This document shows positions 1 to 12,267 of a stretch of DNA of 64,000 nt, one piece after another (the stretch's first letter is position 1; the number at the start of each line of letters is the position of its first letter). Source of the stretch: Asterias rubens (Eukaryota); contig NC_047080.1 of NCBI RefSeq assembly GCF_902459465.1, positions 6,820,001-6,884,000 of the forward strand. The letters are read 5' to 3'. Below the pieces are notes generated by a model, which saw nothing but the letters and a program-made list of their open reading frames with translations, made no database searches and was not told where the DNA came from. Both the position numbers and the translations under genes were made by a program.

Positions 1-95
1 AATCCATTTGAAAAAAACGGCACTAAATTAAAAATAAATAATAATAAAAGAAATGTTTGTCCCTTAAAAATAATTAAACGAAATGTTTTTAAAAC

Positions 96-1140
96 TACGG
101 AAGCTTAAAGTGACCTTCCGAGTTGCCGCGTGTCCGAGTTATTTTATCAGGAAAAGACGGAATACCGTGATATTTCAGACGTGTTCCGAGTTAGTACCTC
201 TCAGAAAGACGTCTTTCCCCGATACCGTATCTCAGAATGACGCCTTTCCCTGATACCGTATCTCAGAAAGACGTCTTTCCCTGATACCGTATCTATGAAA
301 GACGTCTTTCCCTGATATCGCATCTATGAAAGACGTCTTTCCTTGATATCGTATCTATGAAAGACGTCTTTCCCTGATACCGTATCTATGAAATCCGTCT
401 TTCCCTGAAACCGTATCTCAGAAAGACGTCTTTTCCTGATACCGTAGAACGGAAAGACGTCTTTCCAGGAAAACGTATTACGGAAAGACGTCTTTCACCG
501 ATACCATTATCTCAAAAAGACGTCTTTCCCTGACACTGTATCTCAGAAATCCGTCTTTCCCTAAAAACGTGTCTCAAAAAGACGACTTTCCTTGATACCG
601 TATCTCAGAAAGACGTCTTTCCCTGATACCATATCTCGGAAAGACGTCTTTCCCTGAAACCGTATTACGGAAAGACGTCTTTCCCTGAAACCGTATCTCA
701 GAAAGACGTCTTTCCCTGAAACCGTTTTACGGAAAGACGTCTTTCCCTGATACCGTATTACGGAAAGACGTCTTTACCCGATACCGTATCTCAGAAAGAC
801 GACTTTCCCTGATACCGTATCTCGGAAAGACGTCTTTCCCTGAAACCGTATAACGGAAAGACGTCATGCCCTGCCGTATCTCAGAAATCCGTCTTTTCCT
901 GATACCGTATTTCAGAAAGACGTCTTTCCCTGATACCGTATCTATGAAAGACACCTTTCTCTAATACCGTATCTCAGAAAGACGTCTTTCCCTGATACCG
1001 TATAACGGAAAGACGTCTTCCCCTGAAACCGTATCTCAGAAAGACGTCTTTCCCTGATACCGTATCTATGAAAGACACCTTTCTCTAATACCGTATCTCA
1101 GAAAGACGTCTTTCCCGATACCTTATCTTTGAAAGACGTC
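96..1140 (+). repeat. Left TIR: about 107-bp unique tip plus about 30 copies of a 31-bp unit (AGAAAGACGTCTTTCCCTGATACCGTATCTC)
   Basis: Period 31 measured directly (e.g. TGATACCGT at 251 and 282). Each unit holds the 14-bp palindrome GAAAGACGTCTTTC. Confidence 0.95.
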
Positions 1141-1464
1141 TCTCTAAGATATATTAGCCACGTTGAACTCATATTTAATCGTAACTGTGATCATAGTCAA
1201 GAACCCACCATTTCGGAGTCTCTATACCTCCTTCAGAGTCGTCATTCCAATTGGTAAGTACGCTGAAATAACATTTAATCATATTATTTCGGAAATGTTT
1301 GATTTAAAACCCCATTGCCAACAATCCCAAGTTAAAATTACATGTCAAGCAACAGTTGATCAAGGTTAAGTTATATATTACTATGGTATTTTACAATATA
1401 TGCTAGAACCTTTCATGCTACTGGCAGAGAAAATGTTCAGGTTGTAGAATTCTTTTTCTTTTGT

Positions 1465-2718
1465 TTGAAGGTCGTTGTGATACTGCTCGTACAGGAGGTA
1501 CCTGCACCTCGAAATCGTGGCGACATCATCGCACGGGGTCTCAACAGAGAGCAACTCATAGCACTCTATTTTCAAAGCGGTTACACAGCATTACAAATTT
1601 GCTCTGTCTTGGCTCTTCATCACCAGATTTGTCTAAGCATCCGGCATTTGCGCAGGTTACTATGGTCTATGGGACTGCGGATACACAGCCAACATGCTCC
1701 CGCCCATGAACTAGTTGCTGCTTTGAGAAATGAGCTGAGAGGCAGCGGTAGGTTACTTGGTTATCGCCTGATGTGGCATAGACTCAATTATCACTATGGT
1801 CTCCGGGTGTCTCAGAACATCACAAGACAACTTCTTGGCATTCTCGACCCCGAAGGAGTTCGGATGAGATCACGTGGGCGACTTTTGAGGAGACAATATT
1901 TTTGTAGTGGGCCAAATCATATTTGGCACATTGATGGTTATGACAAACTGAAACAATTTGGATTCGCAATACATGGTGCCATCGATGGCTTCTCGCGCAA
2001 GGTCCTGTGGCTCTACGTCGGTCCGAGCAACAACAACCCACAATACATAGCTGGATTCTTTTTGGAGCAGGTGAAACGTGCAAGGGGCGTGCCGACAATA
2101 CTGAGGTGTGATCGAGGGACCGAAAACAGCATTGTCCGAACACTGCAGATAGCGCTTCGAACAGGTCATGACGATGAGTTATCAGGATTGCAAAGTTTCA
2201 TGTACGGCCGATCTACCAGCAACCAACGAATAGAGTGTTTCTGGGCTCAACTAAGACGTATGCTGGTACATTTCTGGATCAACTTTTTTAGAGATATGAG
2301 GGACAGAGGAATATTTGACAATACGAATGTAATACACATCGAAAGTGTACGGTTTTGCTTTACCTCACTACTGCAAAACGAACTAAACCAAGCGGTGTAC
2401 TTATGGAACAATCATTCTATTCGGCGTCAGAACTTCCACAATGAGTGTCCATCCGGTAAACCAAACTTACTGTACCACACACCCGAAATATTTGGGATGA
2501 CTGATCGACTGAAGCCTTTGTTGCATAGTTTAGATGAAATAAATGTAGTTGAAGCTCAGTACTCTAGAAGGTATCCTCAATACGGATGCAGTGAGCAGTT
2601 TGTACAAGTTATTACAGAAATAGTAGGACAGAACATTGACAATTTTGAAATGCCCACTACCGCTGACGAAGCACTGGCGTTGTACACAAGAGTTTTGGCG
2701 ATCATCGATATGATTTAA
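1465..2718 (+). CDS. DDE transposase (integrase-core/IS3-like), uninterrupted 417-codon frame; true start probably in an upstream exon
   Basis: N-terminal HTH-like segment (LIALYFQSGYTALQICSVL...SIRHLRRLL). Catalytic motifs WHIDGYDKL, HGAIDGFSRKVLW, LRCDRGTEN and SNQRIECFW, with 40 residues between the second D and the E. The frame opens on TTG right at a polypyrimidine-AG acceptor-like site (TTCTTTTTCTTTTGTTTGAAG). Confidence 0.9.
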   Translation: MKVVVILLVQEVPAPRNRGDIIARGLNREQLIALYFQSGYTALQICSVLALHHQICLSIRHLRRLLWSMGLRIHSQHAPAHELVAALRNELRGSGRLLGYRLMWHRLNYHYGLRVSQNITRQLLGILDPEGVRMRSRGRLLRRQYFCSGPNHIWHIDGYDKLKQFGFAIHGAIDGFSRKVLWLYVGPSNNNPQYIAGFFLEQVKRARGVPTILRCDRGTENSIVRTLQIALRTGHDDELSGLQSFMYGRSTSNQRIECFWAQLRRMLVHFWINFFRDMRDRGIFDNTNVIHIESVRFCFTSLLQNELNQAVYLWNNHSIRRQNFHNECPSGKPNLLYHTPEIFGMTDRLKPLLHSLDEINVVEAQYSRRYPQYGCSEQFVQVITEIVGQNIDNFEMPTTADEALALYTRVLAIIDMI

Positions 2719-3779
2719 ATATTTTGTAAACATTAACAGCAAGGAAACTCAACAAAATGGAACTATTTTTAAAACTTTAAAGCCGAAACAGAGCTTGCCC
2801 TTTTTAGTTTCATTTATTTAATTGTTTATGTAAATTTTGTGTGAAGAGAGTTTGCAAGTTTGAAGCCAGAAAAGGACGCAGTCCAGCTTGCTTTCATTTA
2901 TTAACTGCATGGTTTCTACATGTTGTGCTTTTATTGGCTTAAATTCATGCAGGTGTACAATATAGAAGTGTTATTTATGGGAAAGTTAGAACGGAGCCGT
3001 ACCACTCATTGAGTTAGCAAAGTAAATTGTTCTCGCAATGTTGACTTGTTTCATCGCTTCAGTCGACTCACAAACAATAAGTCGACTTACTGACATAATT
3101 TATCTCGTTTGGGGAGGGATCATAATCGTAGCATTGGCAAGTCAAGCGACGTCGAGCAGTGTTCAGGGACTCCACGATTAACAGTCGTCATCACCGATTC
3201 CCTTGATTTTTCTCCATCATTATTAATAAACACCTAAAACTGTCAACCAAGTCGGGCCGTTTAATACATTGTTGAGTTAGTTCGTTTAGCCAAAGTTGTT
3301 AATTGTGCGCAACTTACATGTTAAGAAAACAAATAAATATTCCGCTCTTACTTTGACCTGTGAATTTAGTGACTCCCTTTCCTGTGTTTCGTTTCTCAAT
3401 ATCAATCTTGATTGCTAAGCAAAGTGCGACATACAAAACTCAAGAACATGTGCTTTGTGCGGTAGATGTTAGTTTCCAAACGCCAGGAGTCGATCGTTAC
3501 ACGTGAAAAGGATCCGAAATAACCACACTGGTAAGAACGCTTTTAGACTTGACCAAGTCCGTCCAGAATTTGTCTTGTTGCGAGTCGATCGGACCCACTG
3601 CAGGGGTACATACGTATCACTCTCCACGTTGCAAAACTTCTCAACACGAACGTACGTTATCATTCAAGTTAAGGCCAATCAAAGACTGGTCTATTCCCTT
3701 TCAGTACACAAGAGATTCATCTAGTTCTGCTGATTTTATTATATTTTTATGAAGCTGTCTGGTATTTATTTCAGATTTT

Positions 3780-6625
3780 TAAATATTTAAGACCGAGAGT
3801 CCCCCCTAAAATTGCTTCATATACTGTGACAAGTCACTGTGCCGTGCGTACAGTTTAAGATTTCATTTTATCATAATTTGATAAAGCTCCATGTATTTAT
3901 TTTAGATTATTGAAAATTAAAGAGCACGCGAGTCCGTTTGCAGCATAGGCTACTGTGCGTGTGTAAACAACGTACACCGCTGTGTGCACAGTTTACGATT
4001 TCATCAACGCCACGGGTCGATTTGTAAAACGGTTTATCAATACGGTATTATTCAAATTAGACCAATCAAAGACTGGCATTACCTAAACAAAGCATTCATG
4101 TAGCATTACTGATTTTATCATAATTCTAAAAAGCTCCGCTATATTGATTTCAGATTTTTGAAAATTACACACCACGAGTCCCTTTGCAGCATACTGTGCG
4201 CGTGTACTGGGTACTTCACTACTGTGCGCACAGTTTAAGATTTCATCAACGCCACGGGTCGATTTGTAAAACAGTTTATAAACACGTTATCATTTAAACG
4301 AAGCCAATCAAAGACTGTCATTACCTATACAAAGCATTCATGTAGCATTACTGATTTTATCATAATTTTATAAAGCTCCGTTATATTGATTTCAGATTTT
4401 TTGAAAATTACACACCACGAGTCCCTTTGCAGCATACTTTGTATGTGTAAATCACTGCTGTGCGTACAGTTTCAGATTTCATCAACGCCACGGGTCGATT
4501 TGTAAAACAGTTTATCAACACGTTATCATTCAAACGAAGCCAATCAAAGACTGTCATTACCTAAACAAAGCATTCATGTAGCATTACTGATTTTATCATA
4601 ATTTTATAAAGCTCCGTTATATTTATTTCAGATTTCTGAAAATTACACACTACGAGTCCCTTTGCAGCATACTGTGCGCGTGTACTACACTGCTGTGCGC
4701 ACAGTTTTAAATTTCATCAACGCCACGGGTCGATTTGTAAAACGGTTTATCAATACGTTATCATTCGAACGAAGCCAATCAAAGACTGTCATTACCTAAA
4801 CAAAGCATTCATGTAGCATTACTGATTTTATCATAATTTTATAAAGCTCCGTTATATTTATTTCAGATTTCTGAAAATTACACACTACGAGTCCCTTTGC
4901 AGCATACTGTGCGCGTGTACTACACTGCTGTGCGCACAGTTTTAAATTTCATCAACGCCACGGGTCGATTTGTAAAACAGTTTATCAACATGTTATCATT
5001 TAAACGAAGCCAATCCAAGACGGTCATTACCTAACCAAAGCATTCATGTAGCATTACTGATTTTATCATAATTTTATAAAGCTCCGTTATATTGATTTCA
5101 GATTTTTGAAAATTACTCACCACGAGTCCCTTTGCAGCATAGTTTGCATGTGTACACATCGCTGCTGTGCGTACAGTTAACGATTTCATCAACGCCACGG
5201 GTCGGTTTGTAAAACGGTTTATCAATACGTTTTTATTCAAACAAAGCCAATCAATGACTGCCATTACCTAAACAAAGCATTCATGTAGCATTACTGTTTT
5301 TATCATAATTTTATAAAGCTCCGTTATATTTATTTCAGAGTTTTGAAAATTACACACGACGAGTCCCTTTGCAGCATACTGTGCGCGTGTACTACACTGC
5401 TGTGCGCACAGTTTAAGATTTCATCAACGCCACGGGTCGATTTGTAAAACAGTTTATCAATACGGTATCATTCAAATTATGCAAAACAAAGACTGTCATT
5501 AACCAAACAAAGGATTCATGTAGCATTACTGATTTTATCATAATTTTATGCAGCTCCGTCATATTTATTTCCGATTTTTGAAAATTACACACCACGAGTC
5601 CCTTTGCAGCATACTGTGCGCGTGTACTACACTAACACTGCTATGCGTACAGTTAACGATTTCATCAACGCCACGGGTCGATTTGTAAATCGGTGTATCA
5701 ATTCGGTATCATTCAAATTAGACCAATCAAAGACTCTCATTACCTAAACAAAGCATTCATGTAGCATTACTGATTTTATCATATTTTTATAAACCTCCAT
5801 TATATTTGTTTCAGATTTTTGAAAACGACACACAACGAGTCCCTTTGCAGCATACTGTGCGTGTGTACAACACTGCTGTGCGTCAATTTACAATTGCATC
5901 AACGCCACGGGTCGATTTGTAAAACAGTTTATCAACATGTTATCATTTAAACGAAGCCAATCCAAGACGGTCATTACCTAAACAAAGCATTCATGTAGCA
6001 TTACTGATTTTATCATAGTTTTATAAAGCTCCGTTACATTTATTTCAGATTTTTGAAAATTACACACCACGAGTCCCTTTGCAGCATACTGTGCGCGTGT
6101 ACTGGGTACTTCACTACTGTGCGCACAGTTTAAGATTTCATCAACGCCACGGGTCGATTTGTAAAACAGTTTATAAACACGTTATCATTCAAACGAAGCC
6201 AATCAAAGACTGTCATTACCTATACAAAGCATTCATGTAGCATTACTGATTTTATCATAATTTTATGCAGCTCCGTCATATTTATTTCCGATTTTTGAAA
6301 ATTACACACCACGAGTCCCTTTGCAGCATACTGTGCGCGTGTACTACACTAACACTGCTATGCGTACAGTTTACGATTTCATCAACGCCACGGGCCGATT
6401 TGAAAAATCGATTTATCAACACAGTACTTTTCAAACGAAGCCAATCAAATACTTTCATTCCCTTAACAAAGTATTCATGTAGCATTACTGATTTTATCAT
6501 GTTTTTGTAAAGCTTCATTATATTTATGTCAGATTTTTGAAAATTAAAGACCACGAGTCCCTTTGCAGCGTATTGTGCGTGTGTACAACACTGCTGTGCG
6601 CACAGTTTAAGATTTCACCAACGAT
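3780..6625 (+). repeat. Tandem satellite array, about 12 units of about 237 bp
   Basis: Anchor CATCAACGCCACGGGTCGATTTGTAAA recurs at about 4002, 4244, 4480, 4715, 4950, 5187, 5422, 5663, 5897, 6139, 6380 and partially at 6616. Confidence 0.95.
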
Positions 6626-8289
6626 TTGTGGAACAGTTTATCGAAAGGACCCGCCCTTTGATGGTCGTTCGCTGATCGTCCTACAACTTACACGAATGTA
6701 GAAAACGATTGCTGGTGATGGACTGGAAGCAATGGTTTGCATGTATTCAATTCCAAATAATATGAAACAAACAACTTAACTTACATCTAAACTGAAGACA
6801 CGCCGTTTTGTTTCTCTTGTGAATGGGAGTAAGACAACATTTATTGAATTTAGCAAAACGAGTATAATGACGTTTAAGAACAATCTGTTAATATAAAACA
6901 ATAAAAGCAGTGAAAAGAGTTAACAACTGTTTTAAGCATTTGCAAGTTTCGACGAGTAACAAATATAATGGCAAGTTAATCCATTAATTTTGTTATGTGC
7001 ATGGTGTTTATACTCGTTAAGTTCACCACTCAAAAACTTAACAATTCATCCATTAGAGATAGCATTCAAGTTCGCTGGAGTTTCTTGAAGGGTGTGTCTT
7101 TTCATTTAAACTCATTTTTGGCCACTCATTTTTTGGATTGTGCAATGTAAAACATAACACTTGGTTAAAAAGTTGCTTCCTTTATTATTTAGGTTTTTTG
7201 GTCAAATTTTGCAAATGAGCAGTCAATTTTATTTTCATGCGTTCGAATTCAAGCTGTTTTGCCTCTCCAGTTGTTACTGCGTTTCAAATTCAAAATTCGG
7301 CCATTCAATTTTGTTTTGAGTCGAGTCAAATTCCTGTAGCACTCTGTTCAATGTAGCGTACCGTCATTCTTGTTCGTGACACAACCGCCTCAAGAAGCGT
7401 CTGCGAATTTGAATGCTGCTTTGATGAATTTTAAATTGAATGATTATTTTGTTAAATCGAATGCAACATTACCATTAGGCCAAAAATTACAGTTGAACAA
7501 CATTTGCCAAGATACCTGTCGCACAATTTTTGTTTTTTAGGTAAGTCTTGGTCATTTTCCATTACATACACCTCCCCCCCCCCCCCCCCCACCAACCCCC
7601 AAAATAAATACAAAATGAATGAATAAATATAGGATGGATTCTCCATTTCAAAAGGTTGCGCTCGATCTAAAATTGAATGCAGTACCTACCGTACCTACCA
7701 GTACTCGGAAAATGAGTAAATGACGCTGTCAAATTTGCTGCATTGTCTCCACGGTTATTATTAGACCGTGGGATTCATCATCAAAAAGGGCGCTAGTTTT
7801 CGAGTTATCTGCAACTACCTAAACTTTTCCCCCAGATTTACTTATGGTAGACTTTCATAAAATGTTAAAGTTGTCAAGGGTAAAACTTGCACAGTAATGA
7901 GTTGTTTTAGTTAGAAATTAATTACAAGAAAAAAGCGCCCTCTGTGGTCGAAACTGGAGAACGGTGCTCAAACTGTATGGGCAAATCAATACGGCACAAA
8001 CGAATTGGGAAGTTACCGGATAATTTATTTTAGTGTCCTTTACAGGTTAACAGCTTTTTCCCCCATAGTGTTTTTCAATTGTTTGAATTACTGTCACCCA
8101 CAAACAGGCTTTAATTAAATCTAAATTAAATAGATAACTTGAAAGGAAATAGAAGGATATTGTATATACAAGAGATACACATTTTTATTTTCTCACCATT
8201 TTTTTGTGTATTTCTTTCTTCTCTTCAGATGCCACATTTGTGGTATAAAAATCATAAATAAATCTGACGGAGCGTTAAACGAAATACAT

Positions 8290-10095
8290 TATAAAATCAG
8301 TAATGCTACAAGATTGCTTTGTTAAGGTAATGGCAGTCTTTGATTGGCTTCGTTTGAACAATAACTGTTTTATCTATCGACCCGTGGCGTTGGTGAAATC
8401 TTAAACTGTACGCACAGCAGTGTGGTACACATACAAAGTATGCTGCAAAGGGACTCGTGGTGTGTAATTTTCAAAAATCTGAAATAAATATAACGGAGCT
8501 TTATAAAATTATGATTAAATCAGTATTGCTACATGAATGCTTTGTTTGAGTACTGGCAGTCTTTGATTGGCTTCGTTTGAACAATAACATGTTGATAAAC
8601 TGTTTTATAAATCGACCCGTGGCGTTGATGAAATCTTAAACTGTACGCACAGCAGTGTAGTACACATACAAAGTATGCTGCAAAGGGACTCGTGGTGTGT
8701 AATTTTCAAAAATCTGAAATAAATATAACGGAGCTTTATAAAATTATGATTAAATCAGTATTGCTACATGAATGCTTTGTTTGAGTACTGGCAGTCTTGG
8801 ATTGGCTTCGTTTGAATGATAACGTATTGATAAACCGATTTACATATCGACCCGTGGCGTTGATGAAATTGTAAATTGACGCACAGCAGTGATGTACACC
8901 ATAAAGTATGCTGCAAAGGGACTCGTGGTGTGTAATTTTCGAAAAACTGAAATAAATATAACGGAGCTTTATAAAATTATGATAAAATCAGTAATGCTAC
9001 ATGAATGCTTTTTATAGGGAATGACAGTCTTTGATTGGCTTCGTTTGAATGATAACGTATTGATAAAGCGTTTTACAAATCGACCCGTGGCGTTGATGAA
9101 ATTGTAAACTGTACGCACAGCAGTGTTGTACACACGCACAGTATGCTGCAAAGGGACTCGTTGTGTGTAGTTTTCAAAAATCTGAAACAAATATAATGGA
9201 GGTTTATAAAAAATATGATAAAATCAGTAATGCTACATGAATGCTTTGTTTAGGTAATGAGAGTCTTTGATTGGTCTAATTTGAATGATACCGAATTGAT
9301 ACACCGATTTACAAATCGACCCGTGGCGTTGAAATCTTAAACTGTACGCACAGCAGTGTAGTACACATACAGAGTATGCTGCAAAGGGACTCGTGGTGTG
9401 TAATTTTCAAAAATCTGAAATAAATATAACGGAGCTTTATAAAATTATGATTAAATCAGTATGCTACATGAATGCTTTGTTTGAGTACTGGCAGTCTTGG
9501 ATTGGCTTCGTTTGAACAATAACATGTTGATAAACTGTTTTATAAATCGACCCGTGGCGTTGATGAAATCTTAAGCTGTACACACAGCAGTGTAGTACAC
9601 ATACAAAGTATGCTGCAAAGGGACTCGTGGTGTGTAATTTTCAAAAATCTGAAATAAACGGAGCTTTATAAAATTATGATTAAATCAGTAGTGCTACATG
9701 AATCCTTTGTTTGGTTAATGCCGGTCTTTGTTAGGCACAATTTGAATGATACCGTATTGATAAACTGTTTTACAAATCGACCCGTGGCGTTGATGAAATC
9801 TTAAACTGTGCGCACAGCGGTGTTGGATACACACGAACAGTAGCCTATGCTGCGACAGGACTCGCGTGGTCTTTAATTTTCAAAAATCTGAAATAAATAT
9901 AATGGAGCTTCATAAAATTATGATAAAATCAGTAATGCTACATGAATGCTTTGTTTAGGGACTGGCAGGCTTTGATTGGTTTCGTTTGAACAATAACGTG
10001 TTGATAAACTGTTTTTACAGATCGACCCGTGGCGTTGATGAAATCGTAAACTGATGCACACGCACAGTATGCTGCAAAGGGACTCGTGGTCTTAA
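8290..10095 (-). repeat. Same 237-bp satellite in inverted orientation, about 8 units
   Basis: CGACCCGTGGCGTTG recurs about every 235 bp from about 8378 to about 10023. It is the reverse complement of the 3780-6625 array. Confidence 0.95.
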
Positions 10096-12267
10096 ATTTT
10101 TTCAGTAAAGAATCCACATATTAAAAAAAAAAATTACACCCTAAATAAAAAATTAAAAATGAAGTCGTGTTTTTAGGGCACATGCAGTCTTTACATTTAC
10201 CAAACTCCTGGCACTGCAGCTTCTCCAGATTGTGAACTGTCCTTTTCTATGGCTAGCCTATAAACTGTATAGGCCTAGCTATACATAATTTTACAAAGAA
10301 TAGATTTAAATCATTCAAGGTTTGGAAATCGCTGGTGCCCGCCACCCTCGATTGTCGGACTGGACATTACACAAGAAGTTAAGGGATCCCGAGTCTTATG
10401 AGGGGTCCTTTCGGCGATGACTTGATACTTCAGCTTAGTGGCATAGTAAACTTTGTTCGTTTTTTATTTTTGTAACTTTTTAAAGGTAGTGTTGACTTGA
10501 AAGACATCTTACAATGCGTTATCAAAGTTCCCCGTGAGTTCAGAAAAAGTTGTCACGTTTGCGAGCCGCAAGCCCCCAAACCAAGTAACCGAGATTTTTA
10601 TCACCACTTAGTTTTAAGGTCATGACCCCTATGCCAAGATATAATATTCAGTCATTACATGCTAGAGGATGGTTGTTTGTGTGGGCCAGTTGGATTTATT
10701 TACAACCTGTTTAAGCTCTGGCGACTAAAGGGGTACACAAAGAGACCCTGACACAAGACACGGATCCCATTACTGCACTAAGCTATTGAGGCACCCTGGG
10801 GCTGCTGTCTTTCAATACTCTGAAGTGGTTATGGTCTGGCCAATGGGAGTCTACGGGCCTGTGTAGTACCGTAGACCAGGGGTGAGGATTACAGAATCTT
10901 GGCCTAATGTACCCATTGAAGAAAAACAAATATGACCGTATTTGGTAACATGTGGAGAATTTTACCACCCCTCGGTTCAAATCTATCCACGCATGACGTT
11001 CAAACAAAACAATAGGCCCTACACAGTCAAATTTGTTTGGAATTCAAAATATCAGGAAATATTAGTTTTTGACTGTGTAGGGTCTAAATTGTGTTTGAAT
11101 GTTATACGCGGATAGAATAGCATAACAATTGGGGGGGGGGGGGCTTTAAACGAAGCAATTTATCAGTTTACTTGCAACTATTGCGATCTCTTCTATAAAA
11201 AGTAGGCTTTCGCATAAGGATAAACGGCGCGCTTAAAACAGAAAATAGAACACGAAGAATAAGTCAAACGAATACCCAAAGCGATTTCAATGAACAACAA
11301 ACAAACAAGTCATCAAGAATTCCGGGTGCCTGAAGGTGCCTGTCTTTATTGTATGTCTCCCTTCATACATTTTTTTTACATTGACATGTTTCATTGCACA
11401 TAACAATATTGAACAATATCTACAGCGTGCACTTCTTTTACCGTTTTATCACTGACGACATTCACAACTTGCATAATACGTTCAGTTGGTTGGTTTAAAC
11501 AAACTTCTCATAAAATGTATTTAAACATCTGAGGAAAAATATAACTTTGTAAAAAAAGCAATTTTTTACTTTATAAGGTTAATACAAAAATATTCATAAT
11601 CTTACTAGATGGCTGTATTTCTTTGCATTAAAGTTGTGTTAACATGACTCCGGAAAAGATTTGCTCAGTTCAATTTGTTTCAATATTTCGTTAGAAACAA
11701 AATGGGCAATTACAACGAAAGTGGCATCTTATTCGATGTCGACACTTTTTCCACACATGTGCTGTTTCATCTCAACAGGAGGAATGGTTTAGGAGTCCCA
11801 TGGAATGACGCACTACAAAGCATCAGTATAATTCCCATTTTGTGAGTTACCGGTACTCTTGCCCATAATTGTGGTACGAACAGTCGAATAACGAGAGATC
11901 ACAACAATGAATGATAAATTTAGATCAGTAAATTGGAAAAACCACATTTTCACTTGCCAACTGCACTCCCGCTAAAATATTTGTTCAGATTCAAATATTT
12001 CTTCCCTTACCTTTTAGCCTAGTATAATTGTTATTTGTACACCGCAGTTTCTATTGTGTCCTATAATTAAAACTAGTATTGCTTTCCCTTAAGACAAAAT
12101 ACTACACACATTTTTTTTCTAAAATTAACAGCCAAAGACTATGACGTAAGCAAGTTACCTTTGATATCACATTTTTATAAATTTGCCACAAAGTCTGTAA
12201 AAAATAACTTGCATAACTCAGATATAGAAGAAAGAAACTTTAAACAAGAAACATGAAACATGAAACT

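Noticed and set aside
727-954. Short ORFs in the 31-bp, 237-bp, 16-bp and 106-bp arrays (e.g. 727-954, 12497-12727, 5031-6554, 23263-23680, 41254-42365)
   Set aside because: Translations merely repeat the DNA unit and show no domain signature.
203-1140. 31-bp palindromic direct repeats as a CRISPR array
   Set aside because: Units are head-to-tail with no unique spacers, there are no cas genes, the context is eukaryotic, and the array is mirrored as a TIR.
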